IMG/VR virus record: IMGVR_UViG_3300024503_000015
Coordinates: 1-64,000 of that record
DNA length: 64,000 nucleotides
Strand: one strand, 5' to 3'
Shown here: in pieces, positions 8,587-18,399 of the stretch
How positions within the stretch are numbered: position 1 is the stretch's first letter
Layout of the letters: each line of letters starts with the position of its first letter
Position numbers and translations under genes: made by a program
Notes under the pieces: generated by a model
Told to the model about the DNA's origin: nothing
The model's input: only the letters and a program-made list of their open reading frames with translations
Database searches by the model: none

Positions 8587-9205
8587 CTTTAGGAACAATC
8601 CTTACATCAAATGCCATTACAGTTCTATTACCCTTACCCTTCCAAGGATAAACTGTGTGTGGCAGATGGCTTGGAAATACAATAACAGTACCTGGTGTAG
8701 GTTTATATTTCCAATTATCTGTCATAATAAATTTACCAACATCTCTAGTTTGTGGTAATCTAAATGCTACATTGCCGTCTGTTGGAGACAAATTTTCATC
8801 TAAATCTGGAGCAGTGATATAAATGTTTCCGCTGATATTGCCGCCTGGATGTGTATGTAATTCTTGATAGTCTCCCTGCGTCTGACGAATAGTCCAGATG
8901 CTGGTAACAACAGGCTTACACAGTTTTAAATCTTCAGTTCCGCTTTGTGCTGTAATAATTTCCATGTAGCCAGTACAGATGTTTTCAATCCATTTGACTA
9001 ACCAAGAAACATCAATGTTTAGTTGATTAGGATATACTTGTATCTGCTGTCCTCCGCGAATACTAATAAATGGATTATCTGCATCATTCAATTCGGGGTG
9101 TCCGTGTAACATCTCAGACAGACTAAAAATTTGACTAAACTCAACTGGTGGTACTTGGTCAATAGCCAACACAGTTGGTTGAAAATATGCTACCTTTAAA
9201 CTCAT
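8579..9205 (-). CDS. 2OG-Fe(II) oxygenase (TIGR02466-like)
   Basis: HTH..ISGNIYI..FPSHLPHTVYP..R. Confidence 0.85.
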   Translation of the reverse strand: MSLKVAYFQPTVLAIDQVPPVEFSQIFSLSEMLHGHPELNDADNPFISIRGGQQIQVYPNQLNIDVSWLVKWIENICTGYMEIITAQSGTEDLKLCKPVVTSIWTIRQTQGDYQELHTHPGGNISGNIYITAPDLDENLSPTDGNVAFRLPQTRDVGKFIMTDNWKYKPTPGTVIVFPSHLPHTVYPWKGKGNRTVMAFDVRIVPKDE

Positions 9206-9477
9206 TGTTGTTTATCCTTGACAATATTATAGATTAGTATAGCACGATCCAGTGATCGTTGTAAAGACGTATTGGTCTTTGCAGTTTCCCGAACATTCTT
9301 CCAAAGTCTTGCTTCTTTAGATGCTAGGAATGTTTCCCTGCCATTACCAGGACGTTTGGGATCGTAATCCCAACCGATGGCTACTCGTGTACTAGGATCT
9401 GCACCTATTTCTCGAGCATAGGTAACTCCGTCTGCTCTTTCATAGATATAAGTTGCACCAGGTTTAAGTTGTCCCAT
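9202..9477 (-). CDS. hypothetical protein
   Basis: Start at MGQLKPGATYIYER, directly after the stop of 9479..9985. Confidence 0.7.
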   Translation of the reverse strand: MGQLKPGATYIYERADGVTYAREIGADPSTRVAIGWDYDPKRPGNGRETFLASKEARLWKNVRETAKTNTSLQRSLDRAILIYNIVKDKQQ

Positions 9478-9478
9478 A

Positions 9479-9985
9479 TTATAACAATTTGTAGTGGTTA
9501 ATAATTTCGCTTTGACGGCTAATGTCTTTAGTAAAAAATGCACAATGCGGTTTAGTGCCTTCATACAATGGAACTGTCAACAATTGGTTATTTTTCATTT
9601 TAGGAAAAAACCATTTAACATCATTGTAGACATTAACAATTTCAATTTGTGCGTACTCGTGTTTAAATGCACTCAATGGATTAAAAATAAATGCTTCAAA
9701 CCCTCTATCATTAAGACTAGTTAAGGGCAGTACTTCCAATTCATTGCCGCATTCGCTGTCACCTACTGCTATACTCCAGTCAATGGGCATAGTTACTTCA
9801 TGTCCGCCAATGTTAAGGACCATGGCAGGACTGTTAAAACTTTCTAAAAATATCAGTGGTATGAAAAAGAAATCTGGATTGTTAGGATCATTATTGTCTA
9901 ATACACTAAATCTAATATCGTCTTCTAATTCATCTGGCATCTTAGACAAGTCGAAACTTTTGTCATCTAAGGTTAAAATATACAT
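9479..9985 (-). CDS. hypothetical beta-rich protein (possible degenerate Hint fold)
   Basis: GGAG RBS; 168 aa directly downstream of UvsW. Confidence 0.7.
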   Translation of the reverse strand: MYILTLDDKSFDLSKMPDELEDDIRFSVLDNNDPNNPDFFFIPLIFLESFNSPAMVLNIGGHEVTMPIDWSIAVGDSECGNELEVLPLTSLNDRGFEAFIFNPLSAFKHEYAQIEIVNVYNDVKWFFPKMKNNQLLTVPLYEGTKPHCAFFTKDISRQSEIINHYKLL

Positions 9986-10002
9986 TTATTCTCCGTTTAT
10001 TA

Positions 10003-11463
10003 TTATTCCCAATTTACCTTTTCAATGGTGAAAGGGTATTTGGCTTCTTTGTAGAATTTCTTTCGCTCTGTTAAGTGCCTTTTTGCATATTTGCAAGTAG
10101 ATGTTATGTCCCAGATTTGGACGAAGTCTTTATCCTCTGCCTTTCTAATGCCACGCCCAATGCTTTGTATAACTCGGACAAAGCTCTTTCCGGGCTCCAA
10201 AAGAACCAGATTAAAAATCCTAGGAATATTAAGACCCACAGCGGCCACACCATAAGTCGCCACAATAACCTTGTTATCACTGTCTTTAACTTCATCGTAA
10301 TGTTCCTTTCGCTCCGTGAGCTTGACTTCTCCGCTGATGAACACGGATCCTGGTATTGCATCTACAATCTGTCTACCTGCATCGAGCCTATCTACTAGTA
10401 TTAATGTGTTGCCTGAGTCTTTAATTGAATTGCATAGTTTTGCGATATAACCGACCCTGTCAACGTCTGTGACAAGGTACTTTAATTCTTCTTGGTATGT
10501 TCTAAATTCTTTAACGTCCATTAACTGAACAATGTTAACGTGACACTGACTGAGCACACCTTTTTCCTGTAATGTATGTGCGCTGATACGATTAACCACA
10601 GGACCGAGTGTTGCTAAAATACTGTGGAAGTTAATTTCTTCTTTGGGAACTGTACCAGTTAAGCCCCAACGAATAGGAGCATTAGCCATGTTCTGGCTTA
10701 ACAATTTCTTCAACACTTCCGCCTTGGCCATGTGTACTTCGTCGACAATTACACAGACTACGCCTTCTAAGAATTCTGCTAGACTTAATGTATCACTGTC
10801 GTAACTTTTCTTGTCTAAGATGTTTAGACTTTGCCATGTGCAGATAGTATGTGTGCGACCTAGTTCTTTTCTATCGCCAAAATATACTCCAACATCTAAG
10901 CCAACGTTCTTATAATCTTCTTCGGTTTGTACCACTAGGCCTTTGTTAGGAACAATAACCAATGAACGACCGTAAGGTTCGACAAGTGCGCTTAATGTTG
11001 CTGTGATAATTGTCTTGCCAGCGCCTGTGGCTAGTTCTTGTAAACCCTGTGGATTCTCCATAAATCCATTGATAGCATCTAATTGATAGTCACGCAGTAC
11101 AATAGGCTGTCCGGCTATAGGATGTCCTTTAGGCCATACCTTCCCTTGGTCGGCCCAATACTGATCTGTAATCTTTGCAAATTCAAATTTATGTGGATTG
11201 CGTAGGTCTTCAATCTCTTCGATATCAACTCCGCACTCTTCTAATATGCCTAGGATAACATCGAGATGATTAAGATAACCATTCCCGCCAAGACCAAAAA
11301 ACGTAGTAGTTCCATCCCATCTTCCTAATTTATACTGAGGCATATGGCGAGCATATGGTAATTCAAATTTAAGTGCATTAGAGATCTTCCTGCGAATCTC
11401 TACAGGTAATCCGTCTATCTTAATATTAACTTCGTCTCTGATGACAATTTTACAACTGGACAA
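10003..11463 (-). CDS. uvsW: SF2 DNA helicase UvsW
   Basis: LRDYQ, ATGAGKT, DEVH, GLTGT, QSIGRGIR. Confidence 0.92.
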   Translation of the reverse strand: MSSCKIVIRDEVNIKIDGLPVEIRRKISNALKFELPYARHMPQYKLGRWDGTTTFFGLGGNGYLNHLDVILGILEECGVDIEEIEDLRNPHKFEFAKITDQYWADQGKVWPKGHPIAGQPIVLRDYQLDAINGFMENPQGLQELATGAGKTIITATLSALVEPYGRSLVIVPNKGLVVQTEEDYKNVGLDVGVYFGDRKELGRTHTICTWQSLNILDKKSYDSDTLSLAEFLEGVVCVIVDEVHMAKAEVLKKLLSQNMANAPIRWGLTGTVPKEEINFHSILATLGPVVNRISAHTLQEKGVLSQCHVNIVQLMDVKEFRTYQEELKYLVTDVDRVGYIAKLCNSIKDSGNTLILVDRLDAGRQIVDAIPGSVFISGEVKLTERKEHYDEVKDSDNKVIVATYGVAAVGLNIPRIFNLVLLEPGKSFVRVIQSIGRGIRKAEDKDFVQIWDITSTCKYAKRHLTERKKFYKEAKYPFTIEKVNWE

Positions 11464-12697
11464 TTTGTCTTGTTCCTTTTATTCTTCCATGTCTTACGGA
11501 CACTGAGTTATTATAATAGTAAACTGTAGAAAAGTCATTCAGGTACGCTGAAGTTTTTCCATGTTCGTATGTTGATGTTACTAGAGCAGTTCTAGGTTTC
11601 CAGTCTGCGTTAAAAAGTGGTTTAGGTATGCGATTTTTAGACACAAATACCACTTTAGTCTTTGAGTCTATATAATTATTTAAGTGGTTATCCCTGACGA
11701 ATTGGTTAAACTCCTCGTGGTCAGGATTACCATTTTCTAATCTAAAGAACACAGTTATTTCTCCGTCGTTGCATCGTTGCATCAAACACTGACACAACCC
11801 TTTGATCTGAGAAATTGCTTCTTTTGTCTCGTCAACTATTACCAAAAGCGGCCATTGCTTTAATGCGTCTAATATATCAAAGAGACTATCCATAGTATGT
11901 TCTTCGGGATTAAGACGAAATCTTGTCTCCGGAGAAACCAGGATAGTTTTAATTAAATTATTAGGGCTGATCTCGGTGATTTTTTCAATAATTTTGCGAT
12001 TTTTATGGTAAATTCCACAATTTTTCACCCTGTCTAAAAAAACAAGAAAATCTGAGTCTTTACGATCAGGCATCTCTTTATCTAAGTATTCTTGACAACG
12101 AAAATTTATATTTTTCAAAACTGGTTCGTTGTCAACAATATCCACGTAAGGTGCAAAATTGTCAGGATTTAGGTAAATTTCTTCGATTTTTTCATATAGT
12201 GCTTCTACGTCTTCAGTAATGATAAATCCCAATGGGCGTAGTGTGTTGACTATAAGGTAAAGGTCTTGTTCGTTGAATGATAACTTCTTTTCACCTTTGG
12301 TCTCTTGACAACTTGCAGTTAGTTGTTCTTGTAAATTTGACCAAATTCCGGCAAATTTCTTAGAAAATACGAATTTTATTAAAACTTTGATTTTGTTGTC
12401 TGAGTCGGTGACCAAGGATATCGTTTGCGTTCTATCAATTTGTCTTATAGGCAAACGTAGTGTCTTAAGTGCCAGCAAACTTTCCACATCTACCGAATTT
12501 TGTTCTAAGCCAAGCCGATATTTTTCAATTTTTTTGATGGCTAAGTCTAATTGCCTGTCGGTCAGCGCAGTACCGCGGTTAACTTGTCGTGCAAGACTTT
12601 TGACTAGATTAACTTCTCCAAAGTCAATACGAATATTCACGGCACGACTAGTTAGTCCTGCTAAAATTTCTAATGCGTCCTCAACGGTATGTGTCAT
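11450..12697 (-). CDS. hypothetical protein upstream of UvsW
   Basis: 415-aa ORF overlapping the uvsW start. Confidence 0.75.
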   Translation of the reverse strand: MTHTVEDALEILAGLTSRAVNIRIDFGEVNLVKSLARQVNRGTALTDRQLDLAIKKIEKYRLGLEQNSVDVESLLALKTLRLPIRQIDRTQTISLVTDSDNKIKVLIKFVFSKKFAGIWSNLQEQLTASCQETKGEKKLSFNEQDLYLIVNTLRPLGFIITEDVEALYEKIEEIYLNPDNFAPYVDIVDNEPVLKNINFRCQEYLDKEMPDRKDSDFLVFLDRVKNCGIYHKNRKIIEKITEISPNNLIKTILVSPETRFRLNPEEHTMDSLFDILDALKQWPLLVIVDETKEAISQIKGLCQCLMQRCNDGEITVFFRLENGNPDHEEFNQFVRDNHLNNYIDSKTKVVFVSKNRIPKPLFNADWKPRTALVTSTYEHGKTSAYLNDFSTVYYYNNSVSVRHGRIKGTRQIVQL

Positions 12698-12728
12698 ATT
12701 TTATATTATAACACATTTTTTGACGTTG

Positions 12729-13574
12729 TCAACGATTTAGTACATTTAATATACGTTTTTGTGGAATGCCTTGGCTAATCTCATCAACGGTCCATTCGGT
12801 GTGTAGTATTTGATGAAACCAATTTTGTCTGTCAGGCAAGAAAATTTCATTAATTTTTGAAATACTAGAACTAAGTGGATGTGCCAGACTGGTTTTATCA
12901 CAAATTATAGGTATTCCTGCGATTGCCGCTTGGGTGCCAGGGCCACTGTTGTGACTAATCACACAATGATGGTCAAATGCAATGTCAAATTTGTCATAAG
13001 TGCCTGGAATTTTATTAGGTTGTTCAAAAATTATACCAGGTATAGGTGCAGTACCAATCGGATGACGAGGATGGGGTCGAAAAATTATGGGTCTGTCTGT
13101 ATATTTTTGAATTTCGGCAACTTTTTGAGATAACCAGGTTCTAGTAGTGGGCTGATTTTGCCATTGTAGGCTTCTTTCATGTTGGCCAACAATTAATATA
13201 GAATTTTTTCTCGAAGATTTTACATCCTGAAGACCTATACCTAATTTTCTCGCTCTGTCATAGTCGATATTTTCGGTATTTCCGTAAATTCCTTCATTGC
13301 TGATGTGATTAGCAGAAATTTTCCATGTACGACCTCGATCCAGTGCTCCAACTTCAATGATGAATACTGGTTTATTCATACTGCGGTAGTGCGTATAGAC
13401 ATTTTCGTTCATACGCATACGACCATTCCACAAAACACTCCAAATCACAGCACAATCTGCATCTTTGCTGTTTTCTCTCGGCTCAATACCAATTTGTCTA
13501 CAGCCGTCAAGGAATGATCCCCATATAGGTTCCGATTGTAATGCTGTCTGATTAGGAAAGTAGGCTATCTTCAT
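12729..13574 (-). CDS. GT-B glycosyltransferase-like (capsule synthesis KpsS-like)
   Basis: RPHP and HNSGPGTQAAIAGIPII motifs; start at MKIAYF next to promoter box. Confidence 0.65.
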   Translation of the reverse strand: MKIAYFPNQTALQSEPIWGSFLDGCRQIGIEPRENSKDADCAVIWSVLWNGRMRMNENVYTHYRSMNKPVFIIEVGALDRGRTWKISANHISNEGIYGNTENIDYDRARKLGIGLQDVKSSRKNSILIVGQHERSLQWQNQPTTRTWLSQKVAEIQKYTDRPIIFRPHPRHPIGTAPIPGIIFEQPNKIPGTYDKFDIAFDHHCVISHNSGPGTQAAIAGIPIICDKTSLAHPLSSSISKINEIFLPDRQNWFHQILHTEWTVDEISQGIPQKRILNVLNR

Positions 13575-13577
13575 AGA

Positions 13578-13589
13578 GTAAATATTTAC
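13578..13589. promoter_or_regulatory. palindromic bidirectional late promoter
   Basis: GTAAATATTTAC perfect palindrome in a 15-bp divergent intergenic gap. Confidence 0.7.
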
Positions 13590-14384
13590 ATGATTATACC
13601 GCCACTGCAAGGAAAATTAAGCCACACCGATTTTTTCATCTATGGAGCCTGTGATGAGAAATATTTTGATGAATTTGGAAAATCTTTAATTAACAGCATT
13701 CAAAAAAATAGTAATAATAATATTCACATTCATTTGTTTAATCCTAGACAAGATCAATTAGATTTTTGTCAAAATAAAAATGTTTCTTACTCGTATGAGT
13801 ATGCTCCTTTAGATTTATTTTTAAATGCCGCAAACAAGTGGTCGCAAAATTTAATTAATCCTGATGATTTAGAGAGAAAACAACGTATTTTAAAATCTAT
13901 GGAAAAAGGCGGCGACAAATCTATTATTGAACGAGTACAAAAAACTTATTTTGCCTGTGCTAGATTTATACGTTTAAAAGAATTAATACAACCAACACAA
14001 CCATTCTTTTCTATAGATGTTGATGCTGTTGTTAGAAAAAATATTGTTTCATTAGCATCTACTAAACATTTTTATATACACCAAGTTCCAGGAAAGAAAT
14101 CTAGATTTTTAGCAGGAGGACTGATGTCTCCAGGAAATGTTGAAACAAGTCAGTTTCTATCAGAATATGCAAATCTTCTTGAAATTAATTTAAAAGGCGA
14201 TTACATTTATTGGGGATTGGACCAAGATGTACTTTTACCACTAGTGCCAAAGTACAATTATGGAAATTTACCCATGTCATACATCGACTGGGAAATGAAT
14301 GCTCACAGTTGCATCTGGACTGCTAAAGGTGTTAGAAAAAGTTTAAAGATTTTTGTAGAAGAACAATCGCGTTATTTGATATAA
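13590..14384 (+). CDS. GT-A nucleotide-diphospho-sugar transferase-like protein
   Basis: YFACARF, DVD (DxD), WGLDQDVL. Confidence 0.6.
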   Translation: MIIPPLQGKLSHTDFFIYGACDEKYFDEFGKSLINSIQKNSNNNIHIHLFNPRQDQLDFCQNKNVSYSYEYAPLDLFLNAANKWSQNLINPDDLERKQRILKSMEKGGDKSIIERVQKTYFACARFIRLKELIQPTQPFFSIDVDAVVRKNIVSLASTKHFYIHQVPGKKSRFLAGGLMSPGNVETSQFLSEYANLLEINLKGDYIYWGLDQDVLLPLVPKYNYGNLPMSYIDWEMNAHSCIWTAKGVRKSLKIFVEEQSRYLI

Positions 14385-15322
14385 TTTCTCATGTGATTCC
14401 AGCATCTGCCCGATCTGGTATCGTCGAAACTCCAATGACATTGTGCAAGTTTCTTAATCCACTGTTCTCTATCTGCTAGTATAGGATTTTCTAATTTACT
14501 AAAATCTGTATTAGCAACATCGCCTCCTTGACTGTAACTAGGATCGTCTGTAATAAAAGCAGGTATACCTTCTATTGGAGCAACGGCACTAGGCGTACTA
14601 TTATGACAAACTAGTGCCCAACAATTAATTAAATCTTCAGTGATATGTCTTTCTTGAGGACTAATTGTAGCATTATATTTTTTTAATAACGGTGCATAAT
14701 TTGAAAAATTCTTCCAGTCTCCGGGATGCCAACGAATAACAACGGGACGGTCAGAATAAGTTCTTATTTTAGTAAATGTTTCCTCTAACCACTTCATTAG
14801 ATTGTAACCTCGCATACTCCAACCCATGGGGCGTTGTAGTGTAATAAGAATATGATTTCCAGTTGAACGCCACGGTTTTAAATCCATATCATAATCGCGT
14901 TTAATATTGTTCCAGTTTTCTTCTCCAGGATTATCGTTACAATAGATACCTGTTGCCGGAAATACGCCATTGAAACTATATCTTAAATATTTTTTAGGGT
15001 TTTCTTTATTCTTATAGATGAACACGTTACTATCAATACTAAGCCAATATCTTCCATTTTTAATCTGTGTGTCCATTACCATTTTACGAACTTTATAATG
15101 GTCCAACGTAGTTTTACTTGGATTTGCATCGAAGGCATTTCCAATAATTGCACCCACGTCACAAGGTTCATATTGATAAGAAGTTGTAGTAGATGCCAGG
15201 TCTCCACATTTTGCGGCGCCTTCTGCAAAGTATGTTAGTGCATTTACTTTCTCGGTGCCATTGATATGCTTAGGTAGGCTACTAAGATAACTTTTAATAA
15301 TTAATTGTTTCGCGTTGTTCAT
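14372..15322 (-). CDS. GT-B glycosyltransferase-like (KpsS-like paralog)
   Basis: RWHP and HNSTPSAVAPIEGIPAF motifs. Confidence 0.65.
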   Translation of the reverse strand: MNNAKQLIIKSYLSSLPKHINGTEKVNALTYFAEGAAKCGDLASTTTSYQYEPCDVGAIIGNAFDANPSKTTLDHYKVRKMVMDTQIKNGRYWLSIDSNVFIYKNKENPKKYLRYSFNGVFPATGIYCNDNPGEENWNNIKRDYDMDLKPWRSTGNHILITLQRPMGWSMRGYNLMKWLEETFTKIRTYSDRPVVIRWHPGDWKNFSNYAPLLKKYNATISPQERHITEDLINCWALVCHNSTPSAVAPIEGIPAFITDDPSYSQGGDVANTDFSKLENPILADREQWIKKLAQCHWSFDDTRSGRCWNHMRNYIK

Positions 15323-16274
15323 TTTCTAAAACCATTCTCCAAGCATCGCCTGTTATCATTTCTTCTAGATGAAATTGTCCGTAGGCCAGCGAACTACACC
15401 ACTTATAAACAAAACTCTCGTCAGGGTAAAACGGTGTTTCTATCTTTGACAAATCTTTTAAACACACCGGATCCGCCGCAGTAGGTGCTGTAGTAAATGC
15501 AGGTATTCCATAGGCTACTGCTTCTATGGCCGCAATACTATTAAGTGTGACTACAGCAAAAATATCTTCGTCTAGTGCTTGATATATTGTTTTTTTAAAC
15601 GTTCTATCTGGCCTTGACATTTTTTCTCTAATAACAATTTCTCTATCTGTATATTTTTTTAATGTATCAACAGTAGACGCAATCCAAGAATCTTTTGTAT
15701 AACCGTAGTTCCCTGCAGATTTATCAATTGGTGCTATCAGTAAAATTTTGCTGCCGGATTTTTTCCATCCTTTCCATTTTAAATTTTCATCTATGGCACA
15801 AAGTTGTTCCCATCTGTCACCGGGCACATTTAAAATTTTTTCGTGTTGCATGGAATTTTTTACAATTCTATGCCATAATTTTTTAGCATTTGGATTAACA
15901 GTTGTTCTGTAGTTTCCAAAGTATCCAGTTTCTATAAAATAATAATCTAATCCTTTGTCTTTAACTAAGTTAATATAATCGGTAGATGCAATGCCTCTAA
16001 CTAATATTGGTTTAGTGATATTTTTAACAAATTTAAATTCGTTATACAGTTGTATATCTTTATCAGGAAAACTAATCATAGTTAACGCTGTTAAATCTGT
16101 ATCTGCAATTAATCGAAGAAAAAGATTCTGTTTTTGTTCTAAAATAACGTTATTATTTTTCTTTCTAAGTTCTTGTATTTCGTGATAAATTTTATAAACG
16201 ATTTGTGCTTGATCGATTATTCTATCTATATTCGATGTACTGGTAGACTTAGCCAGTGCCGTCGGAATAATCAT
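15294..16274 (-). CDS. GT-B glycosyltransferase-like (KpsS-like paralog)
   Basis: ETGYFG and VVTLNSIAAIEAVAYGIPAF motifs. Confidence 0.65.
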   Translation of the reverse strand: MIIPTALAKSTSTSNIDRIIDQAQIVYKIYHEIQELRKKNNNVILEQKQNLFLRLIADTDLTALTMISFPDKDIQLYNEFKFVKNITKPILVRGIASTDYINLVKDKGLDYYFIETGYFGNYRTTVNPNAKKLWHRIVKNSMQHEKILNVPGDRWEQLCAIDENLKWKGWKKSGSKILLIAPIDKSAGNYGYTKDSWIASTVDTLKKYTDREIVIREKMSRPDRTFKKTIYQALDEDIFAVVTLNSIAAIEAVAYGIPAFTTAPTAADPVCLKDLSKIETPFYPDESFVYKWCSSLAYGQFHLEEMITGDAWRMVLENEQRETINY

Positions 16275-17028
16275 TAAAAATTCCCCACATTAAAGTTTTT
16301 GTCAGCGAGTCTTTGCCGTCTACGTCAATTGCCGCACGACCCATTAATTGATTGTGAAATTCTAAATTTACAACGAATTTATTCATAGCAGTATCTGCGG
16401 GTAATACTTCTTCTCTGTAAGCATCTACTAATTTTTTTGCTCCTGCAGGTGTAATTCCGTAACCCACGGCTCCAGGCATCGATGTGTTTGGTAATTTAAG
16501 TGCTTCTGCTTTTTTTGGCGGATTATATAGATATTCAGCATATTTTGGATTTTCGTAAGCACTCTTTCCAGTACATAACATTAATATATCAGTCCATACT
16601 ACTGGAGTATATCCTCTTTCAAATATTACATCATCTTCAAAAATAAAAATAGGCTCGTCTAATTCTATACATAGTTTCCAAAGTCTATAATGGCTGTAAA
16701 AACAACCAATAACTCCTGGTCTTAAAGTTTTTTCCTGTAATTTCGGATCTGTAGATATATCTATTCTTATATTAATACTTCCTACTTCTTCTGGAAATTC
16801 GGAGTCAGGAAATCTAGATTTATATTCATCTATAGAGATAGTTTCAGTTTTTATTCCATATTTGGCAACCCGTCTCTTATCTTGTTTAAAAAGATAAACA
16901 CCTTCGTCTCCATATGTTCCTTCAAATATTTGTGCATCGAACCCGTATTCGATTAATTTTTCTAAAACTTGTGCAGAACTATTTGCTGAACTAGGTATCT
17001 TAGTTAAAGATATAACAAATGCTTTCAT
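16249..17028 (-). CDS. glycosyltransferase family 25
   Basis: AFVISL, GCFYSHYRLWK, IFEDDV. Confidence 0.85.
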   Translation of the reverse strand: MKAFVISLTKIPSSANSSAQVLEKLIEYGFDAQIFEGTYGDEGVYLFKQDKRRVAKYGIKTETISIDEYKSRFPDSEFPEEVGSINIRIDISTDPKLQEKTLRPGVIGCFYSHYRLWKLCIELDEPIFIFEDDVIFERGYTPVVWTDILMLCTGKSAYENPKYAEYLYNPPKKAEALKLPNTSMPGAVGYGITPAGAKKLVDAYREEVLPADTAMNKFVVNLEFHNQLMGRAAIDVDGKDSLTKTLMWGIFNDYSDGTG

Positions 17029-17702
17029 ACAGAAAAAACTACCTCATGTCTATAACGATCAACAATTTTATAATTATAAAATTTTAATAAATTTTCAATT
17101 TCTGAAAAAGGTTTATTATATCTGTCGCCGTGGCCAACTTCTTCGACTGCTATCACAGGAAGATATTTTTCAATGGTATTTTTTGCACCATTTAGTGCAT
17201 ACCATTCATATCCTTCAATATCAAGGTGTATAAAAGAACATGCGTCTAAATTTAAATCGTCGATTAATAATGTTGGAATTTTATCAGGCCTGATACCGTT
17301 GCGTTGCATTTTTATTAAATTGGTTTTTATATCTATATGGTTTTTACCTCTGTCGTGATCTCTATATGTAACATTAACTAAATTTCTAGAATCGCCGAGA
17401 CATGCCTGATATTTCATAATGTGTCTCTCAGGATTGTTTAACGTAAGACACAGAAAATTAATATTATCAGGCTCGAATACGTAAACCCTTTCAAAACATT
17501 TTGCATACAGTTGTGTAAACCATCCCATATTGCCACCGGCCTGTACTATAACTTCTTTATTTGAAACAAACGACATTAAATGTTCAGGGAGATCAATTTC
17601 TTTTTTAGTAAAATTATAACAGGCAGTTTCATTTTTTGCCCACCAGAGCCCGTCACGATTTTCTAAATATTCATTAATCATTTGATATCTCTTTGTTGAC
17701 AA
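17025..17702 (-). CDS. FkbM-family SAM methyltransferase
   Basis: QAGGNMG, VFEPD, LDIEGYE..LNGA. Confidence 0.85.
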   Translation of the reverse strand: MSTKRYQMINEYLENRDGLWWAKNETACYNFTKKEIDLPEHLMSFVSNKEVIVQAGGNMGWFTQLYAKCFERVYVFEPDNINFLCLTLNNPERHIMKYQACLGDSRNLVNVTYRDHDRGKNHIDIKTNLIKMQRNGIRPDKIPTLLIDDLNLDACSFIHLDIEGYEWYALNGAKNTIEKYLPVIAVEEVGHGDRYNKPFSEIENLLKFYNYKIVDRYRHEVVFSV

Positions 17703-18364
17703 TACTCGGTTAGTATGCGTTCACGATGCCATTCGTTGCCCTGTGGCGTATCGGCAAACTCGTGAAAGCAAGGTGCTCCTAGAGTATAATGTAATAATTT
17801 AGCATCCGGATTAGCACCGTACTCGTCAGGAAGCCAATTCCATTCCTTAGGTAATTCTCCAACGCGACTGTCATCGGTCCATTCAAATCTATGTAAATGT
17901 GCGCCTGTAGATTTTTGAATATATTCTGGTGTTAGTTTTTTAGTTGGGAAATTACTACAATTGAATAACATTACACTACTCCAGTTTTTACGTGGATAGT
18001 CTTCATTCTTTGAACCAAGATACTTAACAGGCATCTTTGTCTTGTAATCGTGTTTTACAACCTGCACATCTTTACTAGTTTCTTTAAGTTCCCACAACTC
18101 TGCAATATCTCCTCGAACAATCATATCGCCGTCCATAAAGATAGCATGACCAGAAAAGCCAGTTAAGTAAGGCACAAGGAATCTACTATAGATGAATTGA
18201 TTACTACCGTCTGTGTGCGTTTCGGTATAATCTTTAAAATTGTTTAATGCTAAAGGTGTGATACTAACAGGTACACTAGAGTTTCTAATGATACTGTTAG
18301 CGCATACATGGTATGCTATTGCTTCTCTGGGATCATACCCAATAAAAATAGGAATAGGTCGCAT
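17678..18364 (-). CDS. GT-A glycosyltransferase (GT8-like)
   Basis: IFIGYDPRE, SRFLVPYL, FMDGDM, YPRKNWSS, LHYTLG. Confidence 0.85.
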   Translation of the reverse strand: MRPIPIFIGYDPREAIAYHVCANSIIRNSSVPVSITPLALNNFKDYTETHTDGSNQFIYSRFLVPYLTGFSGHAIFMDGDMIVRGDIAELWELKETSKDVQVVKHDYKTKMPVKYLGSKNEDYPRKNWSSVMLFNCSNFPTKKLTPEYIQKSTGAHLHRFEWTDDSRVGELPKEWNWLPDEYGANPDAKLLHYTLGAPCFHEFADTPQGNEWHRERILTEYCQQRDIK

Positions 18365-18372
18365 AATAGTAG

Positions 18373-18378
18373 TATTTA
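18373..18378 (-). promoter_or_regulatory. late promoter box at the head of the GT operon
   Basis: TTAAATACT on the - strand, 8 nt before ATG 18364. Confidence 0.55.
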
Positions 18379-18399
18379 ACCATTATGCAACCTGGGAGT

